Part shown: positions 18,983-28,881 of the stretch, piece by piece
Numbering within the stretch: the first letter of the stretch is position 1
How the letters are laid out: every line of letters begins with the position of its first letter
From: Pseudomonadota bacterium
GTDB taxonomy: Bacteria; Myxococcota; JACRCW01; JAFGSX01
Direction of reading: 5' to 3'
Assembly (NCBI GenBank): GCA_043821645.1
Contig: JBDRCO010000003.1
Span: forward strand, 96,001-160,000
Length of the DNA stretch: 64,000 bases
Notes under the pieces: generated by a model
The model's input: the letters and a program-made list of their open reading frames with translations, nothing else
What the model was told of the DNA's origin: nothing
The model's database searches: none
Made by a program: the position numbers and the translations under genes

Positions 18983-20008
18983 TCACTCGGTACCGCGGAT
19001 CAAGGTCGACGGATCCTGGGCGATGATGCGGCTGAATTCACGGATGTCCTCGGTGGCGTCCTGCAGGTTGCTCAGGCTTTGCACGAAGTCCTCGCGTCCG
19101 GCGCGAACCGCCACATCGACGTTCTCGATGAGGGCGGTCATGTACTGCAGCGAGGCCAGCAAGTCCGCGATGGCTTTGCCAAGCTCGGCATTGGACAATC
19201 GCTGGTCCAGCTTTGCCACGGCCTCGCGGGTGGTGACCACTACGCGTGCCACCTCGGCCTCGTCGATCCGTGACAGCGGGCGCCGCACTTCTTGCAGAGT
19301 TCTCTCGGCTTCCTTGAGGGCGGCGATGGCTTCTGTGCGCACCTGCACCAGCGAACGCTCGGCCTCGGCGGCCACCAGGGTGACCTGGGCGCTTGCACGC
19401 CCGACTTCCTCGAGGGTCCTGTTGAAGGTCTCCTTGTTCTGGACGATGAAGCCGTCGGCGTCGCTGGCCAGCTGGGTGGCGCTGTCGACCAGCTTCTCGA
19501 CGCGCATGCGATTCTCGGCCCGGGTCCACAGCGCCAGCTCGTTGGCCACCATCTCGATCTTGAGTGCGATCTGCTCGGCCTGGCCTGTGAGCCGATGCAC
19601 CAGTGATGGCCCGACCTCGATGCGGGTGCCGGGCTCCATGACGCCGCTGGTGGGATCACCCGGGATCAGGTTGATGGACTTGAGGCCGGTGATGCCGCCC
19701 ATGTCGAGCACAGCCTGTGTTCCAATGTAGAGGGGTGTGCCAGGCACCAGGGCCAGGGTCACCTCGATGGCCATGGGGTCGTCGCTGGCGATGCCCATCT
19801 CGCGCACGTTGCCCACGCGCAGGCCGCGGTAGGTGACGGGTGCGCTGACCTCGAGGCCTGACACGCTCTCGGTGAAGCGCGTGCTGTAGACGTCGCGGTG
19901 CTCCCAGATCTTGAGGCCCGCCAGCACCAGCCCCAGCCCCACGAACAGCACGCTGCCCGTGATGACGAAGGCGCCCAGCCGCACCTTCTGTGCTCTCGAC
20001 AGCTTCAC
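18983..20008 (-). CDS. MCE/MlaD family protein with helical extension
   Basis: TM anchor, FTESVSGLEVSAPVTYRGLRVGNV, GITGLKSINL, end DPSTLIRG. Confidence 0.9.
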   Translation of the reverse strand: MKLSRAQKVRLGAFVITGSVLFVGLGLVLAGLKIWEHRDVYSTRFTESVSGLEVSAPVTYRGLRVGNVREMGIASDDPMAIEVTLALVPGTPLYIGTQAVLDMGGITGLKSINLIPGDPTSGVMEPGTRIEVGPSLVHRLTGQAEQIALKIEMVANELALWTRAENRMRVEKLVDSATQLASDADGFIVQNKETFNRTLEEVGRASAQVTLVAAEAERSLVQVRTEAIAALKEAERTLQEVRRPLSRIDEAEVARVVVTTREAVAKLDQRLSNAELGKAIADLLASLQYMTALIENVDVAVRAGREDFVQSLSNLQDATEDIREFSRIIAQDPSTLIRGTE

Positions 20009-20802
20009 GGCGTGCCCCCCTCGTGCAACGTGGCCAGCAGCGACGCCGGGCGTGCGGTGGCGGCGCTGGGACTGCGATCAAAAAAGGCCCGGACCTCGGG
20101 GTGGTCGTGCCGGCGCACGTCGCCGAGGGCGCCGCTCACCAGCACCTGGCCACCTGACAGCATGGTGGCGTGGTCGGCGATGGCTACGATGCTGGGCAAT
20201 TCGTGGGTCACGATGACAACGGCCATGTCGAAGCGGTCGCGCAGGCTCAGGATGAGGTCGTCGAGCTGGGCCGCGGTCACCGGGTCGAGGCCGGCACTGG
20301 GCTCGTCACAGAACAGCACCAGCGGATCCAGGGCCATCGCGCGGGCCAGGGCCGCGCGTTTCTTCATGCCGCCGGACAGGCTGGGCGGAGTGAGTCTGGC
20401 CGCGTGGCTGAGGCCCACCAGGCTCAGCTTCATCATCACCATCTCGTCGACGACACGGCGGGGCAGGGTGGGTGCGAACTCGAGGATGGGCAAGGCCACG
20501 TTCTCGTGAATGGTCAGGGCGTTGAGCAGGGCGCCGCCCTGAAACAGCATGCCCACCCGCGACAGCACCCGGGTCCACTCGGCTTCTTCAGCCTGCACGC
20601 GGTCGACCCCGAGGAGCCGAACCGACCCCTGGGTGGGTTCGAGCAGGCCGATGATGTGCTTGAGCAGCGTGCTCTTGCCGCAGCCGGAGCCGCCGAGGAT
20701 GGCGTGGATCTGGCGTGGTGCGACGCGCAGGTTCACGCCGCGCAGCACGTCAACGTCGACGTAGCGCGCCCACAGACCCTCGACCTCGACCACGTACTGC
20801 AC
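20005..20802 (-). CDS. MlaF/Mkl-like ABC ATPase
   Basis: GGSGCGKS, LFQGGAL, LSGGMKKRAALARA, DEPSAGLDP, VTHE. Confidence 0.92.
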   Translation of the reverse strand: MQYVVEVEGLWARYVDVDVLRGVNLRVAPRQIHAILGGSGCGKSTLLKHIIGLLEPTQGSVRLLGVDRVQAEEAEWTRVLSRVGMLFQGGALLNALTIHENVALPILEFAPTLPRRVVDEMVMMKLSLVGLSHAARLTPPSLSGGMKKRAALARAMALDPLVLFCDEPSAGLDPVTAAQLDDLILSLRDRFDMAVVIVTHELPSIVAIADHATMLSGGQVLVSGALGDVRRHDHPEVRAFFDRSPSAATARPASLLATLHEGGTP

Positions 20803-20816
20803 GGCTCTGGCTCCCC

Positions 20817-21878
20817 CTAGAAGCTGAAGTAGAAGGTCAAGCTGGCCACCGCGTCGGCCACGATGACGGCAAAGATGCTGGCCACCACGCTGAGGGTGGC
20901 ACTGCGGCCCACGGCGTCGGCGCCACCGCGGGTGCGCAGGCCAACCACCGCGCCAATGGTGACGATGAGCTGGGCAAACACCACGGCCTTGAACAGTCCG
21001 ACCAGCAGATCCTTGAGCTGAAGCGAGCCCAGCAGACGTTCGACAAAGGCCTCGGGACCCACCCCCAGGTAGATGATGGCGACGAGAAAGCCACCCAGGA
21101 TGCCCAGCAGGTCAGCGAGCACTGTGAGCAGGGGTTGGGTGATGGTGATGGCGATGAACTTGGGCAGCACCAGAAAGCGCACCGGGTTGAGGCCCATGGT
21201 GCGCAGGGCGTCGATCTCCTCGGACACCACCATGGTGCCAAGCTCCGCTGCGACCGCGGAGCCGGAGCGCCCCGCCACCACGATGGCGGTGATGAGCGGG
21301 CCTAGCTCGCGGGTGAGCGAGACACCGATGAGGTCCGCGACAAAGATGTTGGCCCCGAACTGTCTGAGCTGGGCCGCACTCTGCAGGGCGATGGTGCCGC
21401 CGATGAGAAAGGCGATGAGCCCGACCACGCCCAGCGCCTGCGAGCCCATGGCCGCCATCTCGAAGTTCACGATGGGCCAGCGGATCTCTCGTGGGCGCAG
21501 GATCCCGCGCACGCCGTACCAGGCCAGGTCCGCGCACAGCAACAGGTACTCGAGCAGGGCCTCGCGAAGCTCCGCCGCACGCTCGCCCACGCTCTCGACC
21601 AGGCCCGCGACCCGCGGCCGCTCGGGCGCTTCGCGCACGAAGGGCATGAGGTCGAGCATGCGCGCCACGTCCGGGCTGGCGTTGCGCAGGTGCAGCGACC
21701 GGCCTTCGTGATCCGCGCGCCGTCTGAGCTGTGCGATCCAGGCCGCGCCCGCGCTGTCGATCTCGGTGACCTGTTGCAGGTCCAGCTCGACCGGTCCCGT
21801 TCCCGACCACGTGGCCTCGAGCGCAGCCGACACCGGCGCGATCTGATCCCTGGTGAGCTGTGCGCTGTTCACCTGCAT
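20817..21878 (-). CDS. MlaE family permease with N-terminal STAS domain
   Basis: LDLQQVTEIDSAG; RELGPLITAIVVAGRSGS, EEIDALRTMG, GGADAVGRSAT; TGATG overlap with upstream gene. Confidence 0.9.
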   Translation of the reverse strand: MQVNSAQLTRDQIAPVSAALEATWSGTGPVELDLQQVTEIDSAGAAWIAQLRRRADHEGRSLHLRNASPDVARMLDLMPFVREAPERPRVAGLVESVGERAAELREALLEYLLLCADLAWYGVRGILRPREIRWPIVNFEMAAMGSQALGVVGLIAFLIGGTIALQSAAQLRQFGANIFVADLIGVSLTRELGPLITAIVVAGRSGSAVAAELGTMVVSEEIDALRTMGLNPVRFLVLPKFIAITITQPLLTVLADLLGILGGFLVAIIYLGVGPEAFVERLLGSLQLKDLLVGLFKAVVFAQLIVTIGAVVGLRTRGGADAVGRSATLSVVASIFAVIVADAVASLTFYFSF

Positions 21879-23500
21879 CACAGGAACTGAAAGCTGAAGC
21901 GCAAGCGCAGGTCGTGCTCCAGCTGGTTGTTGCGCGACAGGGAGTTGTCGCGCAGGTAGCGCATCACGTAGTTGATGCTGACGTACTCGGTGATCTTGAT
22001 GGCCAGGTTGCCCTCGACCTTGACCACGGTATCGATGACGTCGCCGATGGGAACTAGCCCGTCGACCTCGACCACGCCGACAGCCCACTGGCTGATCCGG
22101 GCTACCACCAGCAGTCCTCCCTCGACACCGACGCGGTTGATGGACGACACCAGCTGGTAGGCCTGCACGGGGTCGTCGGGTTCGCTGGTGAGCTGCATCA
22201 GGTGCCCGGTCAAGCGATGGCGCGCGCCGACACCGACCCGGGTGGTCATCTCCAGGTAGGACACCTTGAGCAACCGCAGGTTGAGCCCGCTGCCTTCCTC
22301 GATGTTGGTCAGCCCGAGCGGTCCACGCAGCAGCAGGTTGTTGGCTCCGCGCAGCTGCTGTTTCAGGCTTCCCTCGGCATCAAAGATGTTCACGTCCTGC
22401 GGGCTGTCGAAGTAGCGACGCGTCTCCAGGGCGTTGGTCTCGACGCTGAGGTGCAGGTAGGGGCCTATCCAGGGTCGCAGTTTGTACACGTACAGCCCGT
22501 CGAGATCGATGCGGTCGTCGCTGGTCTGCCAGGGCACGTCCGGCAGCTTGCTCATGCCCTCTTCGATCTGCAGGCGCAGGATCAAGGGGCTGTCCAGGAT
22601 CTGGGCGCCCAGCTTGGCGTCGACGAAGGCCCTGAAGGCATAGGTCTCTCCGTCGACAGCACCCAGCACGTTGCGGTTGGAACTCAGGTTGGCGTCACCG
22701 CCCAGGATCAGGGCCGCGCGCAGGGCGCCGGGTTTGTCCTGGAACAGCTCATCGGCCATGACCTCGCCCGCACCCTTGAAGTCGCCGGTCTCTTCGTCGA
22801 CCACCAGCAAGAAGTGGGTCAGTCGCTTGTCGGCCAAGCGCACCGTGGCAAAGTCGCGGCGAGCGCGGTAGGTCTCGCCCACGCGCACGATCTTGTACAG
22901 GCCAGGCCGCAGCATCCAGGTGGGCAGGGACTCGCCGGCCTGCTCGTCCACGCCGTAGCCGGTGCCGATGTACTCGCGATTCTCGACGCGGATGATCTCG
23001 TAGGACTGGCGCACGCTGTTCAGGTTCTCGTCGACGACGTGCACCACCATGCCAGCCCAGGACACCGGGACCACGCTGGTGTGCAGCTCGCGCACCTTCA
23101 CCTGGGTGTGAAAGCGCTCCTGGGTTGAGCCCGAGCCCAGGCGCACGCTGTAGGTGCCCGGTTCCACGATCAGGCGGCGTCCGGTGGTGCCCTGGGCCAC
23201 GCGACGTTCGCCGGCCCACACCGAGACCAGGGGCTCATCAAGGGGCCTGGTCATGGCAGGCACGAAGATGGCACCCATGCCGAAGGGGATCAGGGTGGCG
23301 TCGGCGCCGAGCTGGGCTGCGATGGTGCCCGCGGGCCAGCCGTGTTCTTCCTTCAGCACACTGTCTGGGGCTAGCGCCTCCACCGCATGTACGCTCCGCG
23401 GAGCGACCGCTGCCAGAGTCCAGCAGACCAGCAGGACCGTCCACGCGCGGTGCTGCCTCCACCGAGTCTTGTACCGCTGTATTGTGCTCGTGCTGGTCAC
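21878..23500 (-). CDS. Exported protein, probable C-terminal outer-membrane beta-barrel
   Basis: Signal-peptide-like segment, PEGA-like PGTYSVRLG, amphipathic strands, end LRLRFSFQFL; start uncertain (23500-23563). Confidence 0.6.
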   Translation of the reverse strand: MTSTSTIQRYKTRWRQHRAWTVLLVCWTLAAVAPRSVHAVEALAPDSVLKEEHGWPAGTIAAQLGADATLIPFGMGAIFVPAMTRPLDEPLVSVWAGERRVAQGTTGRRLIVEPGTYSVRLGSGSTQERFHTQVKVRELHTSVVPVSWAGMVVHVVDENLNSVRQSYEIIRVENREYIGTGYGVDEQAGESLPTWMLRPGLYKIVRVGETYRARRDFATVRLADKRLTHFLLVVDEETGDFKGAGEVMADELFQDKPGALRAALILGGDANLSSNRNVLGAVDGETYAFRAFVDAKLGAQILDSPLILRLQIEEGMSKLPDVPWQTSDDRIDLDGLYVYKLRPWIGPYLHLSVETNALETRRYFDSPQDVNIFDAEGSLKQQLRGANNLLLRGPLGLTNIEEGSGLNLRLLKVSYLEMTTRVGVGARHRLTGHLMQLTSEPDDPVQAYQLVSSINRVGVEGGLLVVARISQWAVGVVEVDGLVPIGDVIDTVVKVEGNLAIKITEYVSINYVMRYLRDNSLSRNNQLEHDLRLRFSFQFL

Positions 23501-23647
23501 GGCCGGCCATGATAGGAGGCAAGGCGCAGGTCGTCCACCCCGGCGACGACAGGTCGGAACCATCCAGTACGGACGTGAGCATTGAACCCTGGCCCCTGCT
23601 CGCTATCCTGAGAACCATCCCCGTCTCGCCACCTGGCAGATCTCGGG

Positions 23648-26017
23648 GTGCAGGGAGCCGATGGCGTGAGCGACCCGCGAACCAGCCCCGTGACGAGCGA
23701 CGGTGCTGCCGAGGTGCTGGTGGCCACCGCGGACAGCCTCGAGCTGTCTTCGATCGAGCTCGAGCCTGAAGTGGAGGATTCCGTGGCCCCGGACGCGGAG
23801 GCAGCGACCCCGGCCATCGAGCGAACCATAGGGCTCGGCCGCGCCATCGGTCTCGGCGTCGGCGCCATCGTCGGCGGCGGCATCCTGGCCCTGGCCGGCG
23901 CAGCCTTCGCGGTCACTGGCCCCTCGGCCATCGTGGCCTTCGCCCTCAACGGCCTGGTGGCCGTGCTCACGGCCCTGTCCTTTGCCGAGATGTCCACGGC
24001 CTTTCCGCGATCGGGCGGCGCCTATGCCTTTGCCAAGAAGGTGCTCACGGTGCAGGCCGCCTTCGCCGTGGGCTGGATCCTGTGGTTCGCCTACATCGTC
24101 GCGGCCGTGCTCTACGCCCTGGGCTTCGCGGAATTTGGCGTGGCCATCGTCGAGGAACTGGCCCGGGTAGCCGGGGTGGCAGCTCCAACCTGGATCGAAA
24201 GTCGCGGCGCCGTGCATGCCCTGGCCCTCGTCGCCACCCTGGGCTACGCCGGGGGCCTGGTGCGGCGCGTGGCCGGCGGCAGCCAGTGGGCGACCTGGGC
24301 CAAGCTCGCGGTGTTCGTGCTGCTCATCCTGGCGGGCCTGGTGCTGTTGCCCGGCGCGCCGTCCGGCACGGTGAGAAATGGGCTGACACCATTTTTCGCC
24401 GGTGGCCCGACCGGACTGGTCCAGGCCATGGGCTTCACCTTCATTGCTCTGCAGGGCTTCGAGGTCATCGCGGCCGTGGCTGGCGAGGTGCGCGAGCCGC
24501 GCCGCGTGCTGCCCCGGGGCATGCTGTACTCCCTGGGCATCGCCATCGCCATCTACCTGCCGCTGTTGCTGCTCACCTCGACCCTCGGTGTGCCCGCCGG
24601 ACGCTCCATCGTCGAGCTGAGCCGGCAGCACCCCGAGACGGTGATGGCGGTGACCGTGCGCACCTACCTCGGCCTGCCGGGCTACTGGCTGGTGCTGGTG
24701 GCCGCGGTGCTCAGCATGCTGTCCGCGCTGCAGGCCAACCTGCTCGCGGCGTCGCGCATCTCGCTGAGCATGGCGCGCGAGCGCACCCTGCCACGGGTGC
24801 TGGCCGAGGTGCATGAGCGCTGGGGCACGCCCATCATGGCGATTGCGGCGACGACCCTGGCCGTGGTGGCCATCGTATTCATGATCCCCGACCTGGCGGC
24901 GGCCGGTGCGGCAGCGAGCTTGATCTTCCTGGTGAGCTTCGCCCTGGTCCATGGCATGACCTATCTGCGGCGGCGGCGCAGTGGCGTCGTGCAGGGCCTG
25001 TTCCGTATCCCTCTGTTCCCTCTTGTGCCCGTCGTCGGCGGCGCGGCTTGTACGCTGCTGGCGCTGTTCCAGGCCGTGGCTGTGCCCAGCGCTGGGGCCA
25101 TCATGGCCATCTGGCTGGGCCTGGGCGTGTTGCTGTACTTCTCGCTGTTTCGATCGCGCGCCAGGGTGGTGGACGCGTTGGCCGAGGCCCATGATCCGGA
25201 CCTGGCCAGGCTGCGCGGTCGCAGTCCGCTGGTCCTGGTGCCGGTGGCCAGCCCCGAGCGCGCAGCAGCCCTTGTCGGTCTTGGAAACGCGATGGCCGCG
25301 CCGCTGGTCGGCCGGGTGGAGTTGCTGTCGGTGGTTCGCCAGATCGGGATAGCGGACCCGCTGCAGAACAAGCTCTTGGCCGACGGCGAGCGCGTGCTGC
25401 ACGAGGCCATGCAGGAATCCCTGCGCACAGGTCACACCCCCGAAGCCCTGCTTACCATGGCGGTGGATCCCTGGGCGGAGATCCGCCGCGTGGCCCTGGC
25501 TCACCGCTGCCAGAGCCTGGTGCTGGGCCTGACCCGTCTTGGCGCCGAGGACTCGGTGCGCCAGCTCGAGGACCTCATCAACGACATCTCGGCCGATGCC
25601 TCCATTCTGCGCTCGGATCCCGGTTTTCACCTGGACCAGGTGTCGCGGGTGCTGGTCCCGATCGGAGGCCGTGGCGGCCACGACGATCTACGGGCGCGCG
25701 TGCTGGGTAGCCTGTGCCGCGCCCGCGCGCGCGACGTGGTGTTCGCCCGGGTGGTTCCGCCCGATCTTGGCGACAGCGCGCAAGAGGATCTGCTGCGCGG
25801 GTTGCGCGGCATCGCGGTCGAGGAGGCTCCAGGGCAGGCTCGGGTCGAGCTGCTGGCTCATGCCGATCCGGTGCAGGCCGTCGTCGACAGGGCGCGGGAC
25901 TCGGACCTGGTGGTGCTCGGTCTGGCCCGTGTCGACGGAAGGCGCCACTTTGGCCATGTCGGCCTGGACATTGCCCGCCGCAGCCCCTGCGCGTGCTTGC
26001 TGATCAGCAGACGTTGA
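23648..26017 (+). CDS. APC amino acid permease fused to two Usp-like domains
   Basis: GAIVGGGI, FAEMSTAFPRSGGAY, QGFE..AGE, about 12 TM; VLVPVAS and VLVPIGG Usp starts; TTGAAC-N16-TATCCT at 23582-23609. Start uncertain. Confidence 0.88.
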   Translation: MQGADGVSDPRTSPVTSDGAAEVLVATADSLELSSIELEPEVEDSVAPDAEAATPAIERTIGLGRAIGLGVGAIVGGGILALAGAAFAVTGPSAIVAFALNGLVAVLTALSFAEMSTAFPRSGGAYAFAKKVLTVQAAFAVGWILWFAYIVAAVLYALGFAEFGVAIVEELARVAGVAAPTWIESRGAVHALALVATLGYAGGLVRRVAGGSQWATWAKLAVFVLLILAGLVLLPGAPSGTVRNGLTPFFAGGPTGLVQAMGFTFIALQGFEVIAAVAGEVREPRRVLPRGMLYSLGIAIAIYLPLLLLTSTLGVPAGRSIVELSRQHPETVMAVTVRTYLGLPGYWLVLVAAVLSMLSALQANLLAASRISLSMARERTLPRVLAEVHERWGTPIMAIAATTLAVVAIVFMIPDLAAAGAAASLIFLVSFALVHGMTYLRRRRSGVVQGLFRIPLFPLVPVVGGAACTLLALFQAVAVPSAGAIMAIWLGLGVLLYFSLFRSRARVVDALAEAHDPDLARLRGRSPLVLVPVASPERAAALVGLGNAMAAPLVGRVELLSVVRQIGIADPLQNKLLADGERVLHEAMQESLRTGHTPEALLTMAVDPWAEIRRVALAHRCQSLVLGLTRLGAEDSVRQLEDLINDISADASILRSDPGFHLDQVSRVLVPIGGRGGHDDLRARVLGSLCRARARDVVFARVVPPDLGDSAQEDLLRGLRGIAVEEAPGQARVELLAHADPVQAVVDRARDSDLVVLGLARVDGRRHFGHVGLDIARRSPCACLLISRR

Positions 26018-26042
26018 GCCACGTCACGACCCCAGCCCCGCA

Positions 26043-26654
26043 CTATCGTCGCTGCGCCCCGGCTGCGACGAGCGCCCGCTGAAGCACCTCGACCGGCTGG
26101 CAGCCCACGATCTCGAGGTCTCCGGCAAAGAAGGTGGGGATGCCGCGCACGCCCGCCGCGTTGGCCTCGGCGCGCATGGCGTCGACGCGCGCCAGCATGG
26201 GGGCGCTATCCGCGGCCGCCAGGGCGGGCACCGGGTCGAGGCCGACCTCGCGCGCCAGATCCATGAGCACGCCGTCGTCTTCGAGGTTTCGTTGCTGCCG
26301 CCAGTGCGCGTTCATGGCCGCCACCCTGAACGGTTCGAGGCAGCCCTGCTGCCGCGCGTACTCCGCCAGGGCCAGGGCGCGGCGCGTGTTGGGCAGGTGA
26401 TCGGGCGGGTTCATGTCGGTGATACCGAAGCCCAGGGCAAAGCGCTGCAGGTGCTCGTGCATGGCGGGAATGCGCGCGCTGCCAAACAACTCGCCCAGGG
26501 ACATGCCGCCAGGGGGCGTCTCCGGGTGCAGCTCGAAGCCGCGCCAGTCGATCTCGAAGTCGTAGTCCGCGTGCAACCTGACCAGGCTGCCTTGCTCCGC
26601 GATGAAGCAGTACGGTCAGACGAAGTCGGTGTAGAGGTGCAGGGTCGTGGTCAT
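26043..26654 (-). CDS. DsbA/FrnE-like oxidoreductase, probable selenoprotein (UPYC)
   Basis: GAGG-ATG, MTTTLHLYTDFV-TGA-PYCF in frame with FELHPETP, PNTRRA, GVRGIPTF, GCQP; TGA at 26616-26618. Confidence 0.85.
26573..26590 (-). promoter_or_regulatory. Candidate bacterial SECIS element
   Basis: GCAGCCT-GGTC-AGGTTGC hairpin; loop begins 32 nt after the UGA. Confidence 0.65.
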
Positions 26655-26848
26655 GGTGTCCTCGTCGGGGTGTCGGTCACATATAGTGTTTGGCCCGCGG
26701 CACGCTTTGTGTTTCAAGCCCCAAGTCTGCAATGCGACGAGGTCATCGATGGGCAGGTGAGCACAGTGGTCGCCGCTGCCAGGCCGTTGCCTGGGACCTT
26801 CGCCTGCGTGGAACGACAGGGGTACCGAGGGCCGGGGGCGTGGGGTGA

Positions 26849-28168
26849 TCAGGCTTCGGGCCTGGTGACCCGGCCCAGGAACAGCACGGTGCCGGTGGCC
26901 AGGTCGCGGATGGCGTAGATGAAGGGCCGATCGCAGGTGATGTAGGGCCCGCTCGGCATGCCGCTGCCCTCCATCACCACTGCGGTGGCGGCGGCGGCCT
27001 CGGTGCCCTTCTCGTTGACCGAGATGAAGGCCTTGTGCAGCACGTTGCCGATGAACAGCTCGCGGCTGCCGTCCATGCCCGAGAAATCAGCGGTGCCGGA
27101 CACGAAGGCGTCGTGCATGCCAAGCCCCTGCAGCACATCGCGCAGCGTGATGCTGGGCGTGCCAAAGGTCCAGCGCGGCAGGCTCAGGATCACCTCGCCG
27201 TCACTCATGCTGTCGACGATGCTCTGCAGGCTCTCGGCGGTCAGTGCGTCCTCGAAGGTGCTGAACTGTCCCGCGGCAGGCAGCAGGATCAGCATGGCCA
27301 GCTCGCCACCGTCATAGGGCAGCTCGACCGCTTGCAGGTCGGCCGTGTCGAGGTGCTTGAAGGAGGTGGTCTGGTGCATCATCTGCACCGGCACGCTGGA
27401 ACCATCGAGTGCGGAAAAGGTTGCCTGGCTGGTGGACTCCTCGGCAAAGACCTCGGCCCAGGCGGCGTTGAAGTAGATGGCGTTGGTCAGCACCAGCCGG
27501 GTCAGGCTGTCCAGGGCTCCTGCCGGGATCAGGTCCTGGATGCGCTGCTCGGTCTGCTCCTCGACCCAGCCGTTGATGGTCTGGCGCGCAACCTCGGTCT
27601 GGGTCGCAAAGTCCAGCAGGCGCAGGCCCGCGCCGTAGTTGATGGCCAGGGTGTCGAGGAAGGGTGCCAGAAAACCGTAGCCATCCTGTCCCCAGATCGC
27701 GTTGACCACATGCAGCCGGAAGCCCTCTCCGTCCTGGCCGGCGGCGCCCTGGCCGCGGCTGTTGAGCTCGAGGTCCAGGTGATTGAACACCGGATGCAAC
27801 CTGTCCTGGGCCAGCACGTAATCCATGGCATCCGCCATCTCGGTCGCGGTGTTGCCCAGGGCACCGGCATCCGTCATGGCCAGGGCGATCGAGATGCTGT
27901 AGGGCGAGAAGAACACGTTGTCGACGGTGCCCGCGCGCAGCGCCTGGTACATGTCGATCCCGAACTGCGTGTTGCCACGGACCTGCGCCGTGACGTCGCT
28001 GGCCTCAACCGCAGGGCTCAAGTTTCGTTCCTTGTCCGAACGCACCAGGGTGCCAGGACCGTCGTCATTCTGGGGCGTCGGCTCGATCGGCGTGCAGGCC
28101 CACAGGCCCAAGCCGAGCAGGGCCAGCGAGGTGGTGATGAGCGTCTTTGCGGTGCGCAGGGTTCGCAT
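26849..28168 (-). CDS. Serpin family lipoprotein
   Basis: Lipobox LWAC; NVFFSPYSI, INGWVEEQT, LVLTNAIYF, hinge EKGTEAAAAT, DRPFIYAIRD..LFLGRV. Confidence 0.93.
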   Translation of the reverse strand: MRTLRTAKTLITTSLALLGLGLWACTPIEPTPQNDDGPGTLVRSDKERNLSPAVEASDVTAQVRGNTQFGIDMYQALRAGTVDNVFFSPYSISIALAMTDAGALGNTATEMADAMDYVLAQDRLHPVFNHLDLELNSRGQGAAGQDGEGFRLHVVNAIWGQDGYGFLAPFLDTLAINYGAGLRLLDFATQTEVARQTINGWVEEQTEQRIQDLIPAGALDSLTRLVLTNAIYFNAAWAEVFAEESTSQATFSALDGSSVPVQMMHQTTSFKHLDTADLQAVELPYDGGELAMLILLPAAGQFSTFEDALTAESLQSIVDSMSDGEVILSLPRWTFGTPSITLRDVLQGLGMHDAFVSGTADFSGMDGSRELFIGNVLHKAFISVNEKGTEAAAATAVVMEGSGMPSGPYITCDRPFIYAIRDLATGTVLFLGRVTRPEA

Positions 28169-28259
28169 GTCAAACCTCCGAAAAGGTGGGGTGGTGCGTG
28201 TTCTGGCCCTCGCACACGCATAGCCTGGGCCAACCCTGCGCTCTAGATAACGTTACTGA

Positions 28260-28272
28260 AATCAAATGGTTG
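28260..28272. promoter_or_regulatory. IHF consensus site upstream of serpin
   Basis: AATCAA-ATGG-TTG matches WATCAA-N4-TTR inside an AT-rich patch. Confidence 0.4.
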
Positions 28273-28388
28273 TGAAAATGTCAGGCGTGGATGGTCGGCC
28301 CGAGCGCGTCAGAATTTTGAGGAGTTCGCGGTTTCTCTCGGCTGGACCGCAGCGCGCTGGTGGCAGGGTGAAGGGGCGCCGCGGCGGC

Positions 28389-28862
28389 TCAGGGTGTCTT
28401 GACCAGGGCGCGGAGCATCGCGGCCAGCTCCCTGTCCTCGAGCGCGGCCTGCTGTAGCTTCTCGCGACCACGCGACTGTTGATTGGCGGCGCGAAAGCAC
28501 TCCCAGGCGTTGCTGTAGGCGATCTCGCGGCAGGCGCGCAGGCTGGCGGCATGAGGGACGTCCGCGGGCACGCGCAGCGCCACCGCAGCCTTGAGATAGC
28601 TCTCGGCGGCCTCGGCGTGGTTGTCCGCCTGCACCAGCTCCGAGGCTCGCTCGAAACGCTGCTCGGCGTCGTGATATCCCTCGGGCACGGGGTCCCGTCC
28701 GGCCACACCGGGAAGGGCCTGCAGGATGGGAAAGCGGGAACCGACCTGCTGCTGGGTTTCGGACATGGTCACTCTCCTCGTGTCGCGGGCGTCGTCGCGG
28801 TTCTGCGAGCACGCGATGCTGCCCACCAGGCACAGCACGGCAGCCTCGAGACGGCGGGACAT
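28389..28862 (-). CDS. Small helical lipoprotein, candidate immunity protein
   Basis: GAGGTG RBS, lipobox SIAC, TPR-like helices, two extra Cys; starts about 20 nt after the metallopeptidase stop. Confidence 0.65.
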   Translation of the reverse strand: MSRRLEAAVLCLVGSIACSQNRDDARDTRRVTMSETQQQVGSRFPILQALPGVAGRDPVPEGYHDAEQRFERASELVQADNHAEAAESYLKAAVALRVPADVPHAASLRACREIAYSNAWECFRAANQQSRGREKLQQAALEDRELAAMLRALVKTP

Positions 28863-28881
28863 CACAGCGCCACCTCGGGGC

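Noticed and set aside
26043-26576. 177-aa ORF starting at TTG 26576, or a nonsense pseudogene
   Set aside because: Lacks the redox motif; Sec readthrough from ATG 26654 explains RBS, motif and hairpin better.
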